Positions 29,301 through 34,979 of a DNA stretch of 35,435 nucleotides are shown in pieces. The position numbers and the translations under genes are program-made. A model generated the notes under the pieces. The model did no database searches. It worked only from the letters and a program-made list of their open reading frames with translations, and was not told where the DNA came from. Location: the IMG/VR virus record IMGVR_UViG_3300005077_000061, positions 1 to 35,435 of that record. One strand, given 5' to 3'. How positions within the stretch are numbered: the first letter of the stretch is position 1; each line of letters begins with the position of its first letter. The DNA is from a virus. Lineage: Duplodnaviria > Caudoviricetes.

Positions 29301-30797
29301 ACGCAGAATATAGTTGGAGTTACCGGCGATGTTTTAAGAAAAGGAACTTTTGAAGATATAGTCGATACATTCAATACTATAATTAACCTTGGTGGGGGCA
29401 GTAATAAAGAATCAACAGGTTTGCAAAAAACCTACGCATTACAAAAAGGCCATGGCAACAGGATGACAGAATTTAATGATATAATTAACAACATTATGGA
29501 CCATGATGTATTTTCATTAGATAAAAGAGGATGGAAAGCATTTGGCAATTTATTTAAAACAAAAGGGATTGTTGGCAAGTTTGAAAAATATGCTGAAGAA
29601 TTGTCAGAATTAGAACGTACACATTTCGCTGATTGGAGCGTTGAAATGAATGATACGTTTAAAAAACTTGGCAAAAAAATAGGCTTGTCAATGGTGAGCA
29701 CTAAAAATAACAATGTGTTTGCTATTAACGGATATACGCAAAAAGAAGCGCAAAAAGCAGCCATTAATATATTTGATATAGTCAACAATATAATGACATT
29801 AAACGGGATTTACAGCCGTATAGAAGGGCTTTCTACATGTAAAGCATATCAGGATATGGAGAAAGTAGCCGACAATAAATTAAACAACATTAAAACTGCA
29901 ATGTCTGAGATGGGTGAAAGTGTAAACAAAGACTATCATTTAATGTTTTTTGAAAATATGTTGGATGAAGGAGTAAAGAAATCGATAGGTGATTATACCA
30001 GAACATCATTGCATAATAGTAATTTGTCAAGAACATTAACAATGTTTGACAACTTCAGGCGTGAACGAAATATAGACCAATCAAAATATTTATACCAACG
30101 TAATCAAATAATTAATGCAGTATTACAAGATATAAGAACAGACAAGCAAGTTCTTGATATATTCAAAAAAAACAAAATAACAATGCCGTTAGGTGATAGC
30201 TTTATAACATCAGCTAAAAAAGAAATGATAAAAACATTTGCAGGCAGTGCATCGTTATCTATTTTAGGCCTTGGGTATGCATCAATATCATTACTGCCCA
30301 TCATATTCGACAGTAAAGCCGCTTATAGTATAACCAATAGTAAATATTCTGATACTGCAAATGACATTTTATCACCTCCATTTGAATATTACGCACAGGC
30401 ATTGGAAGTCTTGAAAGACATAGCATTATATATGACAGCCGAACCTGAAACAAAAAAAGACGGTAGCATTAAATCAGCTTATGCAAAAAAAGAAGAAACA
30501 TATTTGAATAAACTAACTTCGAACTTATCAGATGCAATTCCTCCGTTGTCAGGCATGGCAATGGATAACTTGAAAGATATAATGTATAAAACATTATTTA
30601 TAAAAACTGTAACAGAAATGAAGGTACACGGCGACGATGCAAAAAATTATTTTGAAAAAAGTCTAAATGAAAGTATATTGTCTATGGTGCCATTAGGCAA
30701 AACAGCACAACAAATTATGAAGGATTATGAAAAATATGAAGAAAAGCCTAAAAAAGAAAAAACTAAAAAAATAACTAATAAACGTTTGTTTAAATAA
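17355..30797 (+). CDS. Giant multidomain virion cargo protein with zincin motif and putative single-chain two-barrel RNA polymerase
   Basis: 4480 aa. HELGH at aa 1087 with downstream EEFFA. TDGG (Asp at aa 1829), YKPKG, LKGAF, RTP (aa 2272), GTDYDKD (Asp at aa 2310) and SVD (aa 2460) occur in the order expected for double-psi beta-barrel polymerases. Hydrophobic helices near both ends. Confidence 0.75.
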   Translation: MGDDLQFRHKKSNMGNYYEDNSDDLQLIHKNDKFKKNSVTEKEKQWFSDKAIIKVNRPISTNNPLDINAITGSIANSVVSGLRKEDQEQFRPYLQRTAKLNQFNNADKNKFVSYMDSKSDKISKIVGSDPTKFDNDILNYLKKNPDDEEVADFYKSYNSDDGNWDETMHPDNYFTSKENKTHFLNMVYHKKHKQQNVQNSGVSGAIKNIQQTAQNISSNITNKNIQQPADKEKSAIETLYGVVQTAIPELKNTKFDDIPNHALKALKEGRDLYNKDYMNSLSPKEKDYMIELSKNPHKQNSKEWIKYNDIARDKFMKNLENVMDKDEYDNLIKTKESIKEQIKELEAEFNNSRSMLSFMPVYFDTMNYAEIAPEEFRKFKSERTGKTLIDYEKELEKIEKAEYIDQYYILNDKIRQFQEHYFDIKDGKISCKDPKAIDGLINTILTEGSLHVGRKKWDRSNFTNYFGETSGIAKQIGESLAPETWYEGLAKYSGPAGLGITTLLDFKYKDVLPHEMQDFLGVSDFEPGELEYYNYINTKITELKQIQSHLNNFGKIDFSKKDTGVSGVIRDIGSSLFRGATDWADDKMKRLWYGNNIIDKDIVFSNNIDTNIDAANYLNLARYSNADILQSTQGLLYNMAENNVISPEELNSIIEEGDWKRTAVLFGDRIGDMIPDLIVGGFKIGTKAGEMVGSRILNTAEKLREQNNIKKTLSYIDEFNAIDDVPHIVNFRKKMGMFLNPKGYFQSLKGRNAEEGIEIASAWEMANPILSTSRISGGMLGAMLFRMDPNMTIEEAIETTKSGIMFGALTSALGTYFTNGARSLSLQSKNINNLSRINKINGISEYQAAINKNMITLNTVGNTLGGITGTTGIGKVIENWFTGEEAPPDFNNEVFLELATNLVFSTQEAMHTAKYGSGLKKIKKIRDIQHVKHEKKLLDNINIDETSNIVSIISDIETNKRSGAQWEGDKYAIVETVETGEQIMRRYANKENGEQITVGDLLHIKKLVKGKKNWPVKKRAKEFLDNLIENNKDMPIDFKDIGDKHAGQIDAETGRITINTRLFDPYNMDPLMSESNAVDRIIYVMSHELGHKPLMDAFNSGDTETITKLSKIYNDFVEMYYNNDGEGIALKMNSNKLNYVLKSMMNENGKIPYYNVESPTNEQRLVLEEFFAQVNDLSIPVFHKYLNRMGMRYKNNSIGSVMNNMRNYILEKTGASEYVRNYTKSVNDALLASYEPNRIQNTEVLEHIDNSIRNMNMNFITDSYNKIEFNESVKEQIGRAVKNYYKTASMEKKLEKLNKPVTMFIDDFINKYGEDITKSPVFGKELIKYIKNETDLLRQPGQNNQAYNIQDILRDLDENDRIDTETDYNDINYTQKYKSTDPHIKELHQRLGIENTSDFKERFIGKKSEEIFEDVHNLLQEKYSEEMNADKLFNYANILSLELSNMKTAEPIHLDINLNGEASATLYINDNAADFTQTDNVIVEPVYSKNYWETRTKYFDNKNWNQNYRNAISHFNEAKYSKVVSSKTSYTNDSNNLKTKRGHGLTVDMLKNNDTKLSLFEKGYFIPPKESGSLMFKMPKSFKAMLATNTPEQLLKISKSIFHSNFKRFLLSDNVWNGLSDGKDLMNRIKNEYGVMNFDELYKGIKSEEMDYTKLFPKADSDIINKNKDNIDSMIMPFIEKGKKYYDDCDDHPLNWDVEELKKDGDKELRKQAIKALHAAYNDTWHWSLDNSGQSRMYNDKGSQRETGKLFEKYMNVHMGNSARRMASGKIFETFIEGFAKVDDVQEYLQGKNIVKEGDDYFINSMLYNPIMFERAGLLKGHFDKDPTDGGAYVFDDITEVLDAINGEESGVISMYKPKGYIIDNNNNTVMLKGAFHRLDKNKFTDNWSREFPEFLDKFKSQISLMIPNTMTKSGNSFTTNVKEIPELNIKVGINNAGEILWTSKDGIKKDTNKEMIDGVYDYAIEKLQQGIVPDFMKLKIPLTGNNAIMFDTPSHPLAKPTKLAFGIMDIPYTVSENGFFQGETGMAAREAINNLKNNLVNKYYKNIKTITSLRNIFREGKYNVSESINKEIGTFINDIFTDYITNADDMTLSKVTKLNKSSALNLLKSSVLDGQFQHESFPKLLMYFPDLFASKPQGKYNPGAGHNTTLADMVANEIDNCLKMRTTGATLNLTIENNTKANILNGAHYSYHSLVENNKRLSDETKSKSLKYYSRLAQSLLNEYIDPNTGLLKDYSNGIIVSTDYLDVMNKERFNKGLKPLQIGSRVLGVRTPVDGPDSMGAFMIVGVSEKKGTVQINHKMGIEVFGTDYDKDGFGLKADDTELVEKDFNAIYDYWLNSGVNKGILKSDAKLMAQEEKEFNGTNYTFPSKYGLKEEKYDYKPQQLNHYDAAVGALTGKSAAISRRTLIARAFENLGKNEYDIISGPYKIKLKINNEWTEKNGVKYNIFSSLSNYITQKSVDINNQKNIAPDNAMYDMIIDKVEINRPSEEQSANMNIDYMNNPSLYGRVHAAIQKELTRIAEFDVGKAEKYTNRNSLMYDAMFESRHKDSYPNNINSLLYDKVNNDYSNIFLGGDKKPYSTEMLRHNINGEINKSIIDIKDERWIDTKLLTADDINNIDIVKNKINRLYWFISDRTKSKLWRSGKKDDTYAEKRDIFDEFKAVKASKENKFKGVYQTNDPFDIGLADMITRYYTKNGYLTDKDIIRQLKNGDLIKFDKDSGLLKHIVNNEVVHKTRINKIYDANGKRLEWIPDEFILSNDQPGRILGDIFDKKMPPMSKDNQIEDMVCDMIDHAMKTKYSGNISESKKAAIVSYMALSGLKGNHGFSSTMLGSGYNKGMLINPLMNFNINKHVQETKYKNDINKIAQVAKNHKERKEAYIEQRKKDFMDTSEEGAIFDSDVFMENETAGLISTMAIKLNNKGYKLYVPSEKGMSNIHSVINNISKNYGNMLQNSEITVNKNYMPMRNIIPERELSINKKSINKQMGILLKTGKESGFKNELYKMNKDEFFRWTNEILKNYSVIPAFKNIAKKSGFEKNSPEYNEVMDQVNVFMRGFVGNHYEAMHKYFTNSLTGDRYVNPQSVVFALQTLKNIQAQPIYNKFFQYAGYHSRRANMVIDAASDVRDKDNYNSMYEIMKLYDVTNKGHTNSRTSYNIGDIIETNTSTQSPYHFMNKNQINYIIPHNYIMDTKDAVFGALAKASDHFNKNRNKYNSLNMTIKNGVDIIDNKYQELRDIIDFQTEFSRGKPLTGKIIIKNAIDNEMAGNSAYDALLKKDLSENDITDQNIKDFVESTIKAYETVHGGIKEKYDNDSINEFASAFKAYAVLKLNFSKAADTMMSMASMIADKYDKCTDEYNRGHILTSIKELKKFSKLFYEADSKTMRNMSREFYNKKGNIDVLSELIGGYNEDMQNVAGQEMNENSIFYNKEAHDKALHIASAKMAKFKGYVIGTNERDPNPVIMYGKSMYNKGMDRNDIIFNMAKMLNMGNNKKKLSELKLTPAKMAIKMYSAIANHDMIANTHGGYMYNILNSIGAKGFERPYHTLDNVDKREFESLANNIVKDKIDNIMDYQTKLQTYQQGNKSKIYWHHTDMAKADKFFEFKKEDDFAYNIDAYDIFEHYIERKEGNEEINTDEMFRYDNVIINNKVEQMFKQALMPYETAMRNEYLKNPDKNEISHQVILGELSTIAGKETLFNKRIDPQVFHDVLDKIPENNKKIAVMNELRPGTDINLSYIHGDNIVDYTNSKQMKGPKMFNMTGKILGLLQPEIKDMTTYDMNPYSDAEFKTANPLPNERYIAMLGTGSNSNKLYVINIDHVVDLYSGTPYSKIDKSIAKHTNKVMNKHASSLLTELHDNADFKNTEYTKHLRELLGELPEQFSFKNKETNEYKTVYNNSRTIKNNATKLHKEIIQIKTDNKKGLANKLKKFHKFYNKMQAWEVYQGGKNVIELLAGAAITPFEPNIGTNLMVDAAGKIVGRNIKIVTQNIVGVTGDVLRKGTFEDIVDTFNTIINLGGGSNKESTGLQKTYALQKGHGNRMTEFNDIINNIMDHDVFSLDKRGWKAFGNLFKTKGIVGKFEKYAEELSELERTHFADWSVEMNDTFKKLGKKIGLSMVSTKNNNVFAINGYTQKEAQKAAINIFDIVNNIMTLNGIYSRIEGLSTCKAYQDMEKVADNKLNNIKTAMSEMGESVNKDYHLMFFENMLDEGVKKSIGDYTRTSLHNSNLSRTLTMFDNFRRERNIDQSKYLYQRNQIINAVLQDIRTDKQVLDIFKKNKITMPLGDSFITSAKKEMIKTFAGSASLSILGLGYASISLLPIIFDSKAAYSITNSKYSDTANDILSPPFEYYAQALEVLKDIALYMTAEPETKKDGSIKSAYAKKEETYLNKLTSNLSDAIPPLSGMAMDNLKDIMYKTLFIKTVTEMKVHGDDAKNYFEKSLNESILSMVPLGKTAQQIMKDYEKYEEKPKKEKTKKITNKRLFK

Positions 30798-30811
30798 TAA
30801 CAGGAATGACA

Positions 30812-31147
30812 ATGCTTGATATTATCCGTAAATTTACAGTCCGGTATGATGGAAAAGAAAGAACAGGATTAACCAAAGGAAAAAAATACGTCGTTATAGG
30901 AGTAATCAGTGATGGAGGTATTGAAAAGTTAATGGTAAGAGGTGACAATAGTAAAATATGCAAAATTGATGAAAAAGATGTATATGTAACATTCATAGAG
31001 GATGTTGACAAAGAAACAGATGTAATCAAAACAGTTATAAAACAGGAAGAACCTGTTGTTGACAACAGGACAGAGGAGGACATACGTACAGATGATATTA
31101 TTGATGAATTAACTACAGATAGAAGAAAAAGCAAAAAAAATTCATAA
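30812..31147 (+). CDS. Hypothetical protein, SH3-like small beta-barrel with charged tail
   Basis: AGGA at 30802-30805 favours ATG 30812 over 30806. LTKGKKYVVIG motif, then an acidic and basic disordered C-terminus. Confidence 0.55.
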   Translation: MLDIIRKFTVRYDGKERTGLTKGKKYVVIGVISDGGIEKLMVRGDNSKICKIDEKDVYVTFIEDVDKETDVIKTVIKQEEPVVDNRTEEDIRTDDIIDELTTDRRKSKKNS

Positions 31148-31165
31148 ACAATTGAATGCAATAAT

Positions 31166-31435
31166 ATGGCTATAGAACGAGTAAAATTAACCGATAAGCC
31201 AATACCTTCGCTTAGTGATAATTATAAAATAAACAAAGACTCACATAATTCTCATGTAGATGCTGAAAATAACAGAAGAGAACAGATTAATAATGATATA
31301 TTAAACACAATATGCAACATGGACCCGTCTTTGTTGGAAAAAGTATGGTTGTTAATTACTAATGGTGATACAGTTATAAAATTAGCTTATTATGTTATAT
31401 TAATAGTATTAAAAATTAAAGGATTATCAAAATGA
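31166..31435 (+). CDS. Hypothetical protein with hydrophobic C-terminus (possible lysis accessory)
   Basis: 89 aa, C-terminal VIKLAYYVILIVLKIK. ATGA-coupled to the holin-like gene. Confidence 0.5.
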   Translation: MAIERVKLTDKPIPSLSDNYKINKDSHNSHVDAENNRREQINNDILNTICNMDPSLLEKVWLLITNGDTVIKLAYYVILIVLKIKGLSK

Positions 31436-31659
31436 CAAGTGCTGAGATTAAAGATAAGGTAACGAACTACATGTCTTATTCTGTCGGTATATTAAGCGCA
31501 ATATATGGCATTATATCGATATTTGGCATTAATGTAGGCGAAGACATGAAAGAAGTAATAATAATAGCAGTTGAAGTGGTAATAACACTTGCAGTAATTG
31601 TTATAGGCTTTTTTACAGGTAAAAAAACAATTGATGATACAATGAAAATAAATGAATAA
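31432..31659 (+). CDS. Putative class II holin (two TM helices)
   Basis: 75 aa with AAAGGA SD. TM1 YSVGILSAIYGIISIFGI, TM2 VIIIAVEVVITLAVIVIGFF, charged C-terminus. Confidence 0.6.
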   Translation: MTSAEIKDKVTNYMSYSVGILSAIYGIISIFGINVGEDMKEVIIIAVEVVITLAVIVIGFFTGKKTIDDTMKINE

Positions 31660-33550
31660 AAATGATGACATATTGGTAGAAGTATGTGATAATACTGCTT
31701 CAATAGATAATTATAAAGAACTTGGGATTTTTAAATTTGCTAAACTCCACTTTCCAAATAATTTCTCATCTGATTTCGCCCAATTGCATTATGAAATGAC
31801 AATGTTATTATTCAGATTATTAGACCCAACAGTTACAAAGAGGACCGAAAGGCAATCGTATTTTGTAGTACACAGGGAAGCTGCAAAATCAACTGTCGGG
31901 TCATTTTTATTTCCTTTGTATTTGACTTATTTAAAAGGGAAAATAATAATAGTAAAAAGAAAACAATTGAAAAGAGTCGATGATTACGATTATGAAGGCA
32001 ACTGGATAGGAATAGGAGACCCTGATGAAATAATAAAGATACCAATAAATGAGAATTTTATAGTTATAGTATCTAAAACAGCATCTTCAGCAGAAGATTT
32101 CGTTATGGACATAAAAAACACTATAGATAAAAGAGCGGACCTTGCAAGAATATATGGTGAAAAAAATCCTAAATATATAGAAATTGATGATGATGACAGC
32201 CTGCCTGAAAGACAGGGGGATAAGAAATGGACTAAGCAGTTATTTATAACATCTGATGGCACTGTAATTAGAGGGCTGGGAACGAATCAGGCAGTAAGAG
32301 GCAGAAAAGTTAATAATAACAGGCCTACATTGATTATAGCTGATGATTTATATGATGAAGAAAATGTTAAAACAGAAGACAGAAGGAAAAATATAGAAAA
32401 ATGGTTTTTTAATGCATTAGTCAATAGTCTTGATGCTGATAAAGGCAAGATATTGTTTTTAGGCACTATAGTCCACCCGGATACAGTTATTAATACAATC
32501 ATGAAGTTATATAGCTGGTATGGTATAATAAGGCCTATAATCAGCATGGAAGAATTGCAGAGAGCAGTTCAGTATGTAAATAACCTAAACGGTTTTTCAT
32601 CAGAATGGTTATTAAAAAAAGAAAGCAAAAAAATATTATCAGAATATGAAGAAAATTTAGAAACATTATCTTGGCGTGATAAACATCCATTACATTATAT
32701 CATATCTTTATATAAAGAAAAATCAGACACGCATAATCTTAATTATTTTTATCAGGAGTACATGAATGAACCAATAGCTCCTGAAAACAAAATGATTAAG
32801 GATGATGCGTTTATTGAGATACCATTAAAAATAACCAACGAAAAAGGTAAACAAAGGATAGAATTTGAAAGAGACGGCTATATATGGTATGGGCCTGTAA
32901 TTCTTGATATAGGTGTTGATATAGCATCAAGTATAGCAATGAAATCTGATGATACTTGCATAACATTGTCAGGCATGGCAAGATGCTGGCCTAAAATACC
33001 TGGGTACGATTGGTCAATGACGGCTAACAGGCTAAAAGAGGGTAAAATATTCCCAATATTAGCCCATATAGAAGCAGGGAAATATGCAATAACAAATTAT
33101 GAGAACCTACCCGGTATAGCTGAAGCAATTGAAAATTTGACAAAAATATACAAAATAAACAAGATAAAGATGGAAGCTAATGGGCAGCAGTTACAAATTA
33201 TAAGAGAATGTAGAAAATATTTAAAAGAAAAAAATATAAATGTTTCTATATGGGAAGAGTATTTTACGATTAAGAAATCTGAAAGAATATTGTCAATATT
33301 GCACCCAATTATACAAAATTATAAACACATATTATGCCAGCCCAATCCATTAATTAGGAAATTATATATACAATTGCTTCAGGTAGGGATTGGTGATCAT
33401 GATGATTTGCCTGACAGCCTAAGTATATCATTTAAAGATTATATATTCCCCGGTATTATAAACGATATAATAGACAATAAAGATAAGAGTATGTCAAGAA
33501 GCAATTATATAGTAAAAAAATTCGGCCATAACGCATGGAAATATTTATAA
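31652..33550 (+). CDS. terL: Terminase large subunit
   Basis: Walker A-like HREAAKST, VRG..RPTLIIADDL (Walker B), FLGT coupling motif, FYQEYMNEP, RNase H-like IGVDIAS..SDDT, MEANG and HDDLPDSL. Confidence 0.92.
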   Translation: MNKNDDILVEVCDNTASIDNYKELGIFKFAKLHFPNNFSSDFAQLHYEMTMLLFRLLDPTVTKRTERQSYFVVHREAAKSTVGSFLFPLYLTYLKGKIIIVKRKQLKRVDDYDYEGNWIGIGDPDEIIKIPINENFIVIVSKTASSAEDFVMDIKNTIDKRADLARIYGEKNPKYIEIDDDDSLPERQGDKKWTKQLFITSDGTVIRGLGTNQAVRGRKVNNNRPTLIIADDLYDEENVKTEDRRKNIEKWFFNALVNSLDADKGKILFLGTIVHPDTVINTIMKLYSWYGIIRPIISMEELQRAVQYVNNLNGFSSEWLLKKESKKILSEYEENLETLSWRDKHPLHYIISLYKEKSDTHNLNYFYQEYMNEPIAPENKMIKDDAFIEIPLKITNEKGKQRIEFERDGYIWYGPVILDIGVDIASSIAMKSDDTCITLSGMARCWPKIPGYDWSMTANRLKEGKIFPILAHIEAGKYAITNYENLPGIAEAIENLTKIYKINKIKMEANGQQLQIIRECRKYLKEKNINVSIWEEYFTIKKSERILSILHPIIQNYKHILCQPNPLIRKLYIQLLQVGIGDHDDLPDSLSISFKDYIFPGIINDIIDNKDKSMSRSNYIVKKFGHNAWKYL

Positions 33551-33563
33551 ATATATATTGTCA

Positions 33564-33600
33564 CTTACTTCTTCCCCCCCCCCTGCCCTTTTCCTTCCTT
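33564..33600. other. Intergenic polypyrimidine tract containing C10
   Basis: cttacttcttCCCCCCCCCCtgcccttttccttcctt, with the C run at 33574-33583. Strongly atypical for this AT-rich window. Confidence 0.9.
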
Positions 33601-33653
33601 ACGCCTAAATAGCATAATTTGTTGTTAATTATATTATAAAATAAGGAGTAGTT

Positions 33654-33872
33654 ATGAATGAATATCGTATTGAAGACAAAGAAAAAATATTTACTGAAAT
33701 ATGCAGTGATATTGATTGTTGCGAAGATGACGAATTAAAACGTCATTATATGAAATGCTTTGATAAATATGGAGTCGATATACGACATTTTAAACAAAGC
33801 ATAATGGACATGGACCCGTACAAATTAGCGGATATGTATTGTGATATGAACCATAATAGGGTAGAATTATAA
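33654..33872 (+). CDS. Small acidic hypothetical protein
   Basis: TAAGGAG SD, 72 aa, D/E- and Cys-rich. TAATG-coupled to the next gene. Confidence 0.75.
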   Translation: MNEYRIEDKEKIFTEICSDIDCCEDDELKRHYMKCFDKYGVDIRHFKQSIMDMDPYKLADMYCDMNHNRVEL

Positions 33873-34603
33873 TGTTATTAATATATTCAAAAGCCGGAAA
33901 CAACGAAAGATATTACAAAGTATATGAATCTATAACCGAATTCCAGGAAAGTGACGACAAAAACAAATTAAACAAACTTGACCGTTGTGAAGAAGGTGAT
34001 TATATAATAACTGATAACGGCTATGTAGTACCTCTTATAAAAAAATATGTTTACGATTCAAATCCCAAGAATAAACATTATTTTGTAGATTTTGTATTTC
34101 CAAGAGCAAGGCACAGGGTGTGTTGTTATAATAGAAAATATTTTTTAAGAAAACCATTATTGTTTTTCAAAGAAAATATACCTAAACCAAAAAAAAAGAA
34201 TTTAACACATCAGATGCGGCTTTTCGCTATATATTTATCAAGGGGTATTGATATAGTTGATGCTTTTAAATTGTGTTATAAGGTAAGATACAGAAATTTA
34301 CATGTAGAAATAACAAGAATACTCAGTACAGATATATTTATAGATTATTTAATCAAGGAGTTAAAAATGCTGGATAAATTTAAAAATTCACTTAATGATA
34401 AAGGTGTGAATTATGACATGATAGCAGAATTTTACAAAAAGGAATTGAACAATGATAAGAACACGTTCGACCAGAGATACCAGATAGCAGAAAGAATAAT
34501 AGAAATTCATAGTATAGAAGACAAAGACACAGATAAAGAAGAAGACAACAGCTATCAGGCCAGATTGCTCAAAAAACACTCTAAAATCGACTGCAACAAT
34601 TAA
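33872..34603 (+). CDS. Putative terminase small subunit-like HTH protein with N-terminal extension
   Basis: LTHQMRLFAIYLSRGIDIVDAFKLCY...ITRILSTDIFIDYL resembles the TerS HTH pattern, followed by oligomerisation-like helices (GVNYDMIAEFYKK...DQRYQIAERIIEIH). Confidence 0.5.
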   Translation: MLLIYSKAGNNERYYKVYESITEFQESDDKNKLNKLDRCEEGDYIITDNGYVVPLIKKYVYDSNPKNKHYFVDFVFPRARHRVCCYNRKYFLRKPLLFFKENIPKPKKKNLTHQMRLFAIYLSRGIDIVDAFKLCYKVRYRNLHVEITRILSTDIFIDYLIKELKMLDKFKNSLNDKGVNYDMIAEFYKKELNNDKNTFDQRYQIAERIIEIHSIEDKDTDKEEDNSYQARLLKKHSKIDCNN

Positions 34604-34631
34604 ATACATGTAAATATATGCCTATATCGAT

Positions 34632-34669
34632 AAAAACCGTTATAAACGTATTTATGACGGTTTTTTTTT
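34632..34669 (+). terminator. Rho-independent terminator, possibly bidirectional
   Basis: AAAAACCGTTATAAA-cgta-TTTATGACGG-TTTTTTTTT forms a stem with one G:U pair, a 4-nt loop, a T9 tail and an upstream A5. Lies just after the 33872..34603 stop. Confidence 0.88.
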
Positions 34670-34696
34670 ATATTATACATTATGGAGAATAGAATA

Positions 34697-34936
34697 ATGG
34701 AATTAAATGAACTGACTCAAGATGATTTGGATAGCCTCAAAAACAATAGATATATTGTATTTATAGACAAATGCAGACAGGCCGGAGCGGATATATACAA
34801 TTGGGATGGTGGTATTGAAAAAATGAGCTTCGATGATTTTAAACTGATGTACGATGAAGATATATATAACGAGAGGCCAATTGATGATGTATTGGAGAAA
34901 ATATACTATTTTTATTGTTCACATTTTGATGATTAA
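34697..34936 (+). CDS. Small acidic hypothetical protein
   Basis: GGAG at 34684-34687 favours ATG 34697 over 34682. Strongly D/E-rich. Confidence 0.7.
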   Translation: MELNELTQDDLDSLKNNRYIVFIDKCRQAGADIYNWDGGIEKMSFDDFKLMYDEDIYNERPIDDVLEKIYYFYCSHFDD

Positions 34937-34979
34937 TATCTATATATTTAATTAATTAAAATAAATAAAGGAAACATTT

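Noticed and set aside
17405-31161. Many 60-175 aa minus-strand and alternate-frame ORFs inside and just after the giant gene
   Set aside because: Their F/L/I/S-rich composition is what antisense reading of A-rich coding DNA produces. None has a recognisable motif.
31652-33550. Intein or intron in terL, or in the RNAP region
   Set aside because: Insertions are short and lack C/S...HN splice junctions or LAGLIDADG/HNH motifs. Reading frames are uninterrupted.
33558-33563. TTGTCA as the -35 box of a sigma70 promoter with poly-C spacer
   Set aside because: No -10-like hexamer lies 16-18 nt downstream; that position falls within the C/T tract.
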